DNA of 60,849 bases, filler included, from Fonticula-like sp. SCN 57-25 (taxonomy: Eukaryota): assembly GCA_001724245.1 (NCBI GenBank). It is 9 parts of 9 records of this genome, joined end to end, with 100 filler letters (N's around TTAATTAATTAA, not from the genome) between each part and the next. Parts side by side here need not be neighbours in the genome. Positions count along the whole stretch, not along the records: positions 12,133 to 21,832 come from MEDX01000503.1; positions 21,933 to 27,813 come from MEDX01000504.1; 7 more parts are not named here. One strand, 5' to 3'. The first letter of the stretch is position 1; every line of letters starts with the position of its first letter. The position numbers and the translations under genes were made by a program. The notes below the pieces were generated by a model. That model had not been told where the DNA came from. It saw only the letters and a program-made list of their open reading frames with translations, and searched no databases. Positions 12,133 through 23,928 of the stretch are shown in pieces.

Positions 12133-13850
12133 GTCAGGGAAACACCATTACTGTCCTTGAGTGTAGTTTGCAGTTTGCACATGCCAATGTCACATAGCCA
12201 TTCCTTAAAGGCCTCTCCTCGAAGGTCCTCCAATCCTGAAACAGATAGACAGTCTGTCAAGCTGTCAAGTGTCTGCGTGCAAACATGAATGATGCCGAGC
12301 AGTTCATTATGGCGCTCCATCATCTTGGTCAAATCACGTGACTGAGCAATATACTCTGCAGTTTGCAGTTCCTGAAGTGCCTTTTTCTCGCCCGCCACTA
12401 GCATGACTTAGTCAGTACATTGGCCACATGATACACCGTGCGCACATTTGGCCTCGAGGTCAGCAATGGATCGCTTCAGTTCCTGTTCACGTGACATACG
12501 CTGACATAATCCATCGTCTGCCTTGTCAAGTGATGCTTGAGTATCCTTCACTAGTGCCTGTGCCTCCGCCAGTCGCTCGCGGACGCATTCATGGGCGGGC
12601 AGCACTGCTTGAGGGGCAGTATATGATGCAATATGAGGATCAGTTTGCCACAATTCCACGAGACCATAACCAAGACCAACTGTGATGTTGCCAGAAGCAG
12701 CGTGATACGACAATGAATACACCTGCATAGCAACAAAAGTGAGCAAAAAAGAGACAATTGAAACACATACGGATTCACCACACTGGTAGTGTGCAGTTTG
12801 CACTCCATCAGAGGCGCGCCAAATACGGAGTGATTTATCATCTGACCCAGTGATCACGTGCGACTCGTCACCGAGAAAGGCGCCTCTTCTGACACAATCA
12901 GTGTGCCCCTTGAATGTCACGTGAGGAGTGGATGGCCACGTGATATCCGATGGAACATTCCAGATGGAAGCAGTCTCGTCAATACTTGTGGCCAATAGCA
13001 TACGGCCAGAGGGGCTGAAGCAGAGTGAAGTGATCTAGTAACGATTAGTATCCATATTGAGAATATATAGGCGAATATCGGTATCATACTTGATTAGAAT
13101 GATGCTTGTCATATGATACTTGCGCCCACTTGCCATTGGTCAATCCATAAATGTACACGTGGCCATCAGCACATCCCGCGGCAAGAAAATTCCCATTGGG
13201 AGAAAAGGCAAGACGCCACACCTGACATTTGCTTGTGAGCAACAGCAAAATGGAATATTCATTCATTCTCGTACGTAATGAGACAATCCAGTGAATGTTT
13301 GAATGACTGAATAGTTGTTTGATGGATCCAAAAGTGTCACTGCTTTATCACGTCCACCGACAGCAACGATCCCACTGGGACTGAACGCGCATCCAAACAA
13401 CTAGACAAGGGATGACTCGGATGAGCACAAAAAGAGAGGCAAACATGACGCATACACCCGCGTTGTTCTTGTACACGGTCGAGTGCGCTTTGTTGTTTCT
13501 AACTTCAATGACAGTGCCAATAAACGTCACGGCGACGAGACGCGTCCCGTCGGGCGACCACGCGACATCAAACACCTATTTCATGATGGTCAGAACAAAA
13601 GAAGGACATATGGGCACGTACTTCACCATCACACTTCAAAGTGTACACCTTTGCCTTCGTGGCCATACTGGTGATGCAGAGTGTACTGTCCCAACTGCCT
13701 GTTACCACCAAAGTGCCGTCGGGGGAAATCGCACACGCAGTCAGCTGCAAACGCTATCAGCATCAAACCAGCAGCGCATCAAAAGCAAAAAAGACGTACG
13801 TGTCCTGTGTGCGGTGTAATAGTCGCCTTCTTGACCAGTTGATTCGCCAT
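12133..13850 (-). CDS. WD40(7)-coiled-coil-SAM protein, copy 1 (3' end cut by spacer), 8 exons
   Basis: Spliced WD40 blades (CAISPDGT..TGSWD, AWSPDG, AFSPSG, AFSPNG, CFSPSG, GHTD..ITGSDDKSLRIW), heptad region, then start of SAM (EWLCDIGM). Confidence 0.85.
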
Positions 13851-14480
13851 TGCGTCCACCACTCTTCTCTCCTTCTCTTCCTACAACCTCGCGCCAGCTG
13901 CAGCAAAGTCGGCCACGTGGATGTGTAATATGATCACGTGATCTGATTCATCGGAGTGTCGAGTCAGCATCCTAGCATCGAGGCAGTGCGAGGCAGCAGC
14001 CAGGCAGCAGCGAGGCAGTGCGAGGCCCGTGGGCAGGCCGCAGGGCGTGGTCTGATGTTCGTCACATAGGATGCCATTGGAAAGGCATCATTGTGTGATC
14101 AACCTGTCTCTCACACGCCGCTTACACATGTGGTTATTGTGGTGATCTGTAGATGATCTGCGTTCCGGGATGACCGTCGAGGCGAGCAGCATGCCATCGA
14201 GCGCGCCATGCCGTCGATGTCTGCTCGTGATCGCCGTCGCTCGGTGCATTACTGAGACACGCGCAAAAAATGGTCACCACCTTCATATGATGCCGTCCAC
14301 AAACAGGCAGAGGCGGCAGTCAGATCCGCTTTCGACTTTATTACGAATAAGGAGAGCGGTGAATCCATGGTGATAAACATAATCCATGGGCACAATAGAC
14401 AATTATGCTACTCATTTATGGAAAGAGACAAGGAAAGACAACATATATTAAAAGAAAACTGAATTGCAAAAGTCACAAGT

Positions 14481-16764
14481 CTATGAATATTGGGCTTGAT
14501 TGTCAATGGGGGTCGTTCCACTCCACTTTGACACCCACGTGGCCTTATCGCCGTCTGTTTCATTTCGCTTTGCCTTGACAAGGTTGATGAACTTGACTGC
14601 ATCTGGTACCTTGAGTGCTCCTTTGGATGCTTCAATGACACGTGGCGGTGAAAGAGAACACAAAGCAGCACCATGCCAGCCAGCAGAGGAAAGACAACCA
14701 TATGGGGCACCAAGTGTCTTGATCCAGTTTGCAGTTTGCATTTCGTCCCATGATAGAACACTGCCACGTGGCGGGGCGAAATCAATGTCAGCACTCAGCT
14801 TGTGATGTGCAATGTAGCCACGTAGTTGAAGGGCGGCGGCGTCAGAGAATGACACACCATAGTCCATGACGTCACCCACATTGAGCATCGTGAGGGAAAC
14901 ACCATCAATATCCTTGAGTGCAGTTTGCAGTTTGCACATGCCAATATCGCACAGCCATTCCTTAAAGGTGTCGTCGCGCAGATCCTCCAATCCAGATACA
15001 GAGAGGCAGTCTGTCAAGCTGTCAAGTGTCTGCGTGCAGACATGAATGATGCCAAGTAGTTCATTATGGCGCTCCACCACTTTAGCATCACGTGATTGTG
15101 CAATATACTCGGGAGTTTGCAGTTCCTCAAGTGCCTTTTTCTCGCTCGCCACTGCATACATGTTAGAACCATAGTTTCAGGATTAGATATGTACGCACAT
15201 TTGGCCTCAAGGTCGGCAATCGATCGCTTCAGTTCCTGCTCACGTGACATTTGCTGACGTAATCCACTGTCTGCCTTTTCAATTGATGCCTCAATGTCCT
15301 TCACTTGTGCCTTTGCCTCAGCCAACCGCTCGCGGACGCACACATGGGCGGACAGCGCTGCTCGAGGGGCACCAGAAAAGTTGAAAAGAGGGGAAGTTGA
15401 AGCGGCAGCTTGAGGGGCACTTTGAAGACCTGCGGCAAAATTAAAAACAATTTCAGAAGCTGCTTGACCACCAAACTTGAAGTCAGCTTGAGGGGCAGCA
15501 TGCAAAACAGGTGCAAACGCAGCTTGAGGGGCAAACTTGAAAGTAGTTTGAGGGGCAGGTGCAATATAAGGATCAGTTTGCCACATTTCCACGTGACCAC
15601 CCTTAAGACCAACAATAATGTTGCCAGACGCTGCATGATAGGACAATGGCCGCACCTACATAGCAAAATGGGTAAGCAATATAAATAGACAAAGCGTGAC
15701 ACACCCTTTCACCACATTCGTAGTTTGCAGTTTGCACTCCATCAGAGGTGCGCCAAATGCGGAGGGATTTATCTTGTGACCCGGTGATCACGTGCGACTC
15801 GTCGCCGAGAAAAGCGCCTCCTCTGAGTATATCCGCGTGTCCCTTAAGCGTCACGTGAGGAGTGGATGACCACGTCGTTCCATTTGGAACATTCCAGATG
15901 GAAGCAGTATTGTCACCACTTGTAGCCAATAGCATGCGGCCAGAGGGACTGAAGCAGAGTGTAAAGATCTAGTAGCAATAATAATTATTAGAAATAGGAA
16001 TAGTGAGGCGACTATCGTACATATGAAGAATGATGATTGTTATCTGATACTTGCGCCCACTTGCCATTGGTCAGTCCATAAATGTACATGTGGCCATCAT
16101 GACATCCCGCCACAAGAATATTCCCATCAGGGGAAAAGGCCACACGATACACCTAATACATTCGTGTGAGCAACAGCAAGAAAGCATTCACAAACGCACA
16201 GAACCAGACAATCCAGTCAATTTTTCAATTATTGAATACTTGTTGAATGGATTAAAAAGTGTCACTGCTTTATCTTCTCCACCGACGGCAAGGATCCCAC
16301 TGGGGCTGAACGCGCATCCAAACAACTAGACATGGGATGAGCAAAGAACAAGCAGCAAGTACGATGCATACACTCGCGTTGCACTTGTACACGGTCAAGT
16401 GCGCTTTGTTGTTTCTAACTTCAACGACAGTGCCAATAAACGTCACGGCGACAAGACGCGTCCCGTCGGGCGACCACGCGACAACAGACATCTTGATGTG
16501 GTGTCAGAACAAAGAAGGACAAATGGGCACGTACATAACCATCATACTGCACAGTGTACACCTTCGCCTGCGTGGCAATATTGATGATGCAGATTGACAT
16601 GTCTTCACTGCCAGTTGCCAACAATGTGCCGTCGGGGGAAATCGCACACCCATTCACCTGCAAACACAATCAGTATCAGACCAGCAGCACATCAAAAGCA
16701 AAGAAAGACATACACTACTCGTGTGCGGTTGAATAGCCGCCTTCTTGACCAATTGATGCGCCAT
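14481..16764 (-). CDS. WD40(7)-FxF-repeat insert-coiled-coil-SAM-SAM protein, copy 2
   Basis: Same exon structure as copy 1. Two SAM-like units: EWLCDIGM....KDIDGVSLTML...DYGV and WDEMQTANWIKTLG.....WHGAALCSL. Confidence 0.85.
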
Positions 16765-17439
16765 TGTGCCCACCACTCTTCTCTCTTTTCCTTCCACAAC
16801 CTCAACTGCCGCCCACTCAAAACCAAAACAACTGCAAAGTCCGCCACGTGGTTGTGTAATTATGGTCACGTGATCCAATTCATTGAAGTGTCTAGTCAGC
16901 ATCCCGGCAACTGAGAGACAACGGCGAGGCAGCTGCGAGGCCCGTGGGCAGGCCGCAGGTGGACAGATGATGGTCACATGGGGTGTCATTGTAAGGGCAT
17001 CATTGAGCGGCCGACCTGTTTCTCACTTACCACTTTCATAATTATGCGGTTATTGTGGTGATCTGTAGGTGATCTGCGTACCGGGTTGCCCACCGCGGCG
17101 AGCAGGATGCGGCATGCCATCGCGCGCGCCACACCGTCGATGTCCGCTCGTGATCGCGCTCGGGGTATCACCGAGACACGCGCAAGGAATGGCCACCACT
17201 TTCATATGATGCGGTCCACATACAGGCAGGGGCGGCAGTCAGAGCCGCTTTCGACTTAATTACGAATAGGGAGGGCTGTGAATCCATGGTGCTAATCGTA
17301 ATCCATGGGCACAATAGACAATTACGCTACTTAAGAAGTGGTAAGGAAAGACAATAATTATGTATTAATACGGAAATTGAATTGCAAAAGTCACATGTTC
17401 ATAAGGAGAGAAACACAGCAAAGTGGCAGTCTACGAATA

Positions 17440-19609
17440 TTAGGCCTGATTGTCAATGGGGGTCGTTCCACTCCACTTTGACACCCACGTGGCCTTGTCG
17501 CCATCTGTTTCGTTTCGCTTTGCCTTGACGAGGTTGATGAACTTTACTGCATCAGACACCTTGAGTGCTCCCTTAGATGCTTCAATGACACGTGGCGGTG
17601 AAAGTGAACACAATGCAGCACCATGCCAGCCAACAGCAGCAAGAGAAGCGAAAGGAGCATTAAGTGAATCAATCCAGTTTGCAGTTTGCACTTCGTCCCA
17701 TGATAGGACACTATCAGTGGGTGGGGCAAATGCGCTGTCATCACTCAACTTGGAATGTGCCATGTAGCCACGCAGTTGAAGGGCAGCAGCATCATTAAAT
17801 GACACACCAAATTCCATGACGTCACCCACATTGAGCATCGTCAGGGAAACACCATTAATGTCCTTCAAGGCAGTTAGCTGTTTGCTCATGCCAATGTCAC
17901 ATAGCCATTCCTTAAAGGCCTCACCACGAAGGTCCTCCAATCCCGAAACAGATAAGCAATCTGTCAAGCTGTCAAGCGTCTGCGTGCACACATGTATGAT
18001 GCCAAGTAGTTCATTATGGCGCTCCATCAGCTTGGTCAAATCACGTGACTGAGCAATATACTCGGCAGTTTGCAGTTCCTGAAGTGCCTTTTTCTCGCCN
18101 AGCAATATACTCGGCAGTTTGCAGTTCCTGAAGTGCCTTTTTCTCGCCCGCCACTAGCATGACTTAGTTAGTACTTCGTACTTTGGCCACATGATACACC
18201 GTGCGCACATTTGGCCTCGAGGTCGGCAATCGATTGCTTCAGTTCCTGTTCACGTGACATACGCTGACGTAATCCACTGTCTGCCTTTTCAATTGATGCT
18301 TGGATATCAGTGGCTTGTGCCTGCGCATATGATAGACGCTCGCGGACGCACTCATGGGCGGGCAGCACTGCTTGAGGGGCAGTATATGATGCAATATGAG
18401 GATCAGTTTGCCACATTTCAACTAGACCATTTTCAAGACCAACTGCAATGTTGCCAGACGCAGCGTGATACGACAATGACCACACCTGCAGACCAAATGG
18501 GTTAGTGAAATAAATAGAGAAAGCGTGACACACCTCTGCACCACATTTGTAGTTTGCAATTTGCACTCCATCAGAGGTGCGCCAAATAATGAAGCTATCA
18601 TCTGACCCAGTGATCACGTGCGACTCGTCACCGAGAATAGCGCCGCCATAGACGTAATGCGTGTGTCCCTTGAATGTCACGTGAGGAGTGGATGGCCACG
18701 TGGTATCAGATGGAACATTCCATATGGAAGCAGTCATGCCTTCACTTGTGACCAATAGCATACGGCCAGAAGGACTGAAGCAGAGCGTCGTGATCTAGTA
18801 ATAATTATTAGTCTTGAGCATATAAAAATATTTATCATACTTGACTAGAACGATGTTTGTTAGTTGATACTCGTGCCCACTTACCTTTGGTCAGCCCATA
18901 AATGTACACGTGGCCATCGCCACAGCCCGCGGCAAGAATATTCCCGTCGGGGGAAAATGCGAGACGATGCACCTGATAAGACATCGTGAGCAACAGCAAC
19001 AGCAAATAATCATAACTTTTAGTAACGCACATAATCAGACAATCCAGTCAATGTTTGAATGACTGAATATTTGTTGGATGAATCCAAAAGTGTCACTGCT
19101 TTATCACTTCCACCGACGGCAACGATCCCGCGAGGACTGAACGCGCATCCATACAACTAGACAAGGGATGAGCAAAGGAAGAGAGGCAAACATGACGCAT
19201 ACAGATGTGTTGACCCTGTACACGGTCGAGTGCGTATTGTTATTTGTGACTTGGATGACACTGCCACCACCAGTCACAGCGACCAGGCGCGTCCCGTCGG
19301 GCGACCACGCGACAACAGACACCTTAACGTGGTGTCAGATCAAAAAAAAAAAAGGACAGCCCGGCACGCCACGCACATAACCATCACACTTCATAGTGTA
19401 CATCTTTGCCTGCGTGGCAATACTGGTGATGCAGAGTGACCTGTCATCACTGCCAGTTGCCACCAAAGTGCCATCGGGGGAAATCGCACACCCATCCACC
19501 TGCAAACACAATCAGCATCAGACCAGCAGAACATCATCGAAAGCAAAAAAAGACGTACCGCCCCATCGTGCGGTCGAGTCGTCGCCTTCTTGACTAATTG
19601 ATGCGCCAT
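17440..19609 (-). CDS. WD40(7)-coiled-coil-SAM-SAM protein, copy 3
   Basis: Same exon structure. Contains a ~49-bp overlap duplication around a single N at 18100 (assembly artefact). Confidence 0.83.
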
Positions 19610-19875
19610 TGCGTCCACCACTCTTGTCTCGGTACCTTCCTACTGTACAACAACCTCAAACTGCCCACTCCACCGTTGGCCATGTTCTAGCTTGTCACGT
19701 GATCTCATAGCCAGCCTCCACCAAATGAAAGGCTAAAAAAACACGCATTCAACTATGTTTTTGTTATTGCTCTGGTGCAAGTGTGTTTTAACAGTGAAAA
19801 AAATCAATAGATGATTCATTGAAATGTGGTCAAAAGTTGCTCGTTCTCCTACAAAAATACACTTCTCCTCCCCCT

Positions 19876-20680
19876 CTAGTTGCCGCCCGCGCCCACGCGG
19901 AACGCGTCGAGCTCGAGGTCGCGGTGCTGCGCCGCGACGTCGCGCATCTCCTCGGACGTGAGGTCGTACTTGCCGTGCAGCTGGTTCATCGGGTTCTCGG
20001 GCGACTTGAGCCATGCCTTCCAGAGCATCTCCTTGATCTGCGTGTGCCGCAAGTACGGGTTCTCCTTCTTCATGATCGGCAGCTCGCGCTCCTCGAACGA
20101 GTTGTACGCCGCCTTGACGCGGCGCTCGGGGTGCCGATCGGGCGCGGCGCTGCTCGATGTCGCGGCAGCTCCCGACACATCGAGATTGTCCATGAGCTTG
20201 AGGGCATCGTCAAGGCCGCGCGCGGCAAACTCGTCGGTGATTTCAGAGGAGGAGAAGCTGTCGAGAGACGCCTCGCGCTGCGCGGCCTTCTTCTCGGCGC
20301 CGCGCGCGGGGGCGGCGGCCTTGCCCTTGGCGGTCGGCGAGGGCTTCACGCGGCGGATCGCGTCGACCTCGCGGCTCTCGGCGGCCTCGAGCTCGGCCTT
20401 TTCGCGCTGCTTGGCAAGCTTCTCCTGGCGCTTGCGCTCCTCTTCCTCCTTCTTGGAGTTGTCCTTGGCGCCCTTGGACCATTCGGCGGCATCGCGGCGC
20501 TCGCGATCAGCATCAGCCTGCTGCTGCTTCACCTCGGCGGCGGCATTCTTGCGCTCCTAAACATATTTAATGTTAATTAAAGTTTATAATACAAAAAAAT
20601 ATAATAAAAAGGAAAAAAGGGGAATGGGAGCGGCGGCGCACCTTTGCGGCGACGGCCTTGGAGTTTTGCTTGGGCGGCAT
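19876..20680 (-). CDS. CCDC124: CCDC124/Lso2/Oxs1 family ribosome hibernation factor
   Basis: MPPKQNSKAVAAK-intron-ERK.....DAAEW; DRHPERRVKAAYNSFEERELP.MKKENPYLR.TQ...LWKAWLKSPENPMNQ. Confidence 0.95.
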
Positions 20681-20792
20681 GGCGTTCCGTGCGGCGGCGC
20701 GCAATGACGTGAAAAGTCGGGTTTGGTAGGTCACGGTACGTTTTAATGCAAACAGCAAACTGCACCTGCATCCCGCGGGAAGAGAGGAAGGG

Positions 20793-21832
20793 ATGCAGGC
20801 GAGCGCGCTCGCGGACCTGCTGGGGCTCGTCCAACAGCCCGACGCGGCGTTTGACGAGGTGCTGATGAAGGTCATAGAGCGGTTTGGTGCACGGCCAGAG
20901 GACAGAATGGGAATCGGCAATGCGCTGTCTGTGCTTCTTTCCGACGTGCGTCTCAGACACTGGCATGATGTCACGCTGACCCTGCTTTGAAGCATGCGCT
21001 GCTACCCGATGCCGCAGCGCGACTGAACGCCATCTACATCTTATTTGCACTGTTTGACGACGCTCGCGTCCCGCCTCACCTGCACACTCACTTTGGCGTC
21101 GTCTACCGCGCTCTGCGGTCCGCCAATCCCGCCGAAGTGGATCTCGCCGCGCATCTCGTGTCGCACTCTTCAACGGTGCGCCTGCCATCATTGTGAGGTC
21201 GTTCTGACGATGATCGTGGCCTTTAGATTGGCTCGCTGTCTGCCTCTCACCTGCTGCGCCCCGACGCGCATCGCCTGGTCGATCCCACCGCCCTCGGCAT
21301 TGTCGCCTCGAACGCGTCTCAGTTTGAAGCATCTCTGCGCCACCTGTTGCCGCTGGAGCAGACCGCCACCGTCCCCATCGTTGCCGTCCCCTCTGCCTCG
21401 TACGTATATTTATATTATTTTGTTCTGAGTTAACCGCCTTGGCAGCGGCCCGTCGGCGATCTCGCTCGCCTCCCTCCTCGACGCCCTGCCAACCCCCGCC
21501 GCGGCATTCCAGGCGCCGATGGTGCGCCGCCCGCCGCCCCTTTTCCCCCTCAGCGAGCACGAGGTACGCATTTTTGTGCCTTTTTGCCTTTTTGGGCGCC
21601 GCTGCTGACACACACACCGCTCTTTTTTTGCTCGCAGATCTCGTGGCTCGTTCTGCCGCTGCTGCTCCCCGACATCGAATGGGACGACACACTCGATTCA
21701 CATCACGTGACCGATGATGCCTCATTATTTCTGCTTGAAAAGGCCTTTCGCGGCCCTCTTGCACCCCAAGAGCAGCAGGTACGTCATTGAAAACATTTTT
21801 TCTTGTTCTGATCTTGTGCTGATCTGTGAACA
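20793..21832 (+). CDS. CNOT11: CCR4-NOT subunit 11 (3' end cut by spacer), multi-exon
   Basis: GNALSVLL..LLPDAAARLNAIYIL; PMVRRPPPLFPLSEHEISWL; IEWD; KAFRGPLAPQEQQ. Confidence 0.75.
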
Positions 21833-21932
21833 NNNNNNNNNNNNNNNNNNNNNNNNNNNNNNNNNNNNNNNNNNNNTTAATTAATTAANNNNNNNNNNNN
21901 NNNNNNNNNNNNNNNNNNNNNNNNNNNNNNNN
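21833..21932. other. Artificial contig spacer
   Basis: N run with TTAATTAATTAA. Confidence 0.98.
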
Positions 21933-22650
21933 TTCCACACCTCTGTCGGCGACGAGACCAATGCTGTACGTAAAGTCTCTTTGCTGGCTGTACATCTAAC
22001 AAGGAAATTAGGAAAAGTACCGGTCGGCGGCGAGCTCGCGCATGGCCGCCATCCACGCTGTGCTCTGGAACGCCACGGACGGCTACTGGCGCGACTATAG
22101 CCTCGAAGACGAGCGCCACGTGGACGGTATGCTTATTTTTGTTATTGTTGCCTTCTTTGCTGACAGTAGAAAAGGTATTTTCCTGTCGAGTGTGACGCCA
22201 CTTTGGGCCGACAGCTTTGACGAGGCGCAGCTTGGCGACGGCGCGCTTGACCGCCTTCTTGGCTTTATGTCATCTCTTCTTGGCGAGTTTGGCGAGTGCG
22301 GCCTTCCCGTTTCGCGCGCCAATACCGGCCAGCAGTGGGACTACCCCAACGCGTGGGCTCCCATAGAGTACTTTGCCGTGCGCGCCATCGAGCGTCTGCC
22401 CGGCGGGAATGCGCTCGCCGCCACGCTGGCGCAGACGTGGCTGGCGTGCAATTACTGCGGCTGGATTGCGACGGGCGGGACGGACGACGGCGTTATTTAT
22501 GAAAAGTATGACGTGGAGCTGCGAGGTGTGCCCGGGAGCGGCGGCGAGTATGGTGTGCAGGAGGGTTTTGGATGGACGAATGGCGTCGCGCTGAGGTTTG
22601 CGGTGGATTATGCGGCAAAGGACCCGCTCATGGCGTGCGGGGAGAGGTAA
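21933..22650 (+). CDS. Trehalase (GH37), C-terminal part
   Basis: AIHAVLWN..DG.W.DY, GQQWDYPNAWAP, EKYD....G.GGEY.VQEGFGWTNGV. Confidence 0.95.
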
Positions 22651-22912
22651 GGAGTGATGTTAGGGTTATCGTGTATCTATTTATGTGTGTACTGTTTTGC
22701 AGGTGGCGGGAGATGCTGCCAGGATGTCTTTTTAGTTGTAGCAAATAAGAGTTTAATGATAAGAAGCAATAATAAAAGTTTTAGTGCATATACCATTTGT
22801 GCCAAGCTGTAGAATGCCGAAATTACACATTAAAAGAACACTTTGCGTGGCGTCAATGCTTATATAGGCGCCGTGACGTCGCGTCAGCTTGGTGTCACAT
22901 CTTGACGTAATC

Positions 22913-23839
22913 ATGTTTGCTTTCCTGTGGGCAGGGGTGGAGCCGTGGGTGTACGACAACACCGCGGCGCTCCTCATCTACCGCTGCATAAAATGGATAG
23001 CGCGCGTCTTTTTGGGCACCTTTGAAATCCAGCGCCTGCTGCAGGGGTCGTCGTCAGCATCGCCATTGCTTGTCGTCAAGATCGACAGGGCGATCCGGCA
23101 CTCGCATTCGCTTCGCTTTGTGCGCGAGGAGCTCACGGGAGAGTCGGCCGACGTGCGCCAGCTTGCAGTGGCGCTTGTGCTTGCAAAGCAGGCGCGCGTC
23201 CCGGTTAGCGAGGCGTCGCTGCGCCTACTAGAGGAATGTCTCGTGCAGATCCAGGCGGTCGAGCGCCTCAAGGTCGCGCTCGAGGCACTCCGATCGACGC
23301 GTGTTTCAACAACAGATCCCGACCATGTCTCGCTGCTGAACGACGTGTGGAGCGGCATTTTCCCTAATGAACCAGTCCCGCCGCTCGTGTCGCGCGAGTG
23401 GCAGCGGATCGGCTTCCAGGGCGACGATCCGTCGACCGACTTTCGCGGCATGGGCCTCCTGGCCCTCACGCAGCTCGCCTTCCTGTCTCGCACATACCCC
23501 GCGCTCGCTGCGTCGCTCGTGCGCGCGTCCAACGGCGACGGCAATGTTGCCTCTGGCCGCTGGTTCCCCTACGCGATCACCGGCGTGAACCTGACAAAGT
23601 TTGTGCTTGATGGCGTCACTTCGCGCCAAATGTACCCGCAGCTGTTTGCACGCGGGCCATCGCTGGTCGCTCTTAATGCGGCGTACACGTTTGCCTTTAC
23701 GCGGCTCGGCAATGAATGGGAGCGCGACACGCAAGTGCGCATCACGTCGTGGCCGCCGTTTTATAAACGCGTGTGCGCCGCCGTCCACGGCGATCTTTGC
23801 TCGACGGCCCTCCTCACGCCGCCGCAGATCGAGGCGTAG
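22913..23839 (+). CDS. ELMOD: ELMO domain-containing protein (ARF/ARL GAP)
   Basis: WQRIGFQGDDPSTDFRGMGLLAL..L; FPYAITGVNLT; intronless. Confidence 0.93.
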   Translation: MFAFLWAGVEPWVYDNTAALLIYRCIKWIARVFLGTFEIQRLLQGSSSASPLLVVKIDRAIRHSHSLRFVREELTGESADVRQLAVALVLAKQARVPVSEASLRLLEECLVQIQAVERLKVALEALRSTRVSTTDPDHVSLLNDVWSGIFPNEPVPPLVSREWQRIGFQGDDPSTDFRGMGLLALTQLAFLSRTYPALAASLVRASNGDGNVASGRWFPYAITGVNLTKFVLDGVTSRQMYPQLFARGPSLVALNAAYTFAFTRLGNEWERDTQVRITSWPPFYKRVCAAVHGDLCSTALLTPPQIEA

Positions 23840-23928
23840 CGACCAAGCGCATCTCAGTCAACAATTATATTATGTACATTGTGAAATAAACACTCTTTAG
23901 AGAATACACCATTACACCCCGCAGACTC

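Larger units (their letters stand above)
12133..19710 (-). repeat. Tandem triplication, unit about 2.85-2.9 kb including intergenic DNA
   Basis: Start codons at 13850, 16764 and 19609; intergenic 13900-14480 aligns by eye with 16830-17440. Confidence 0.92.

Noticed and set aside
18052-18149. ~49-bp direct duplication in WD40-SAM copy 3 suggesting a pseudogene
   Set aside because: The copies flank a single N, typical of an unmerged contig overlap.
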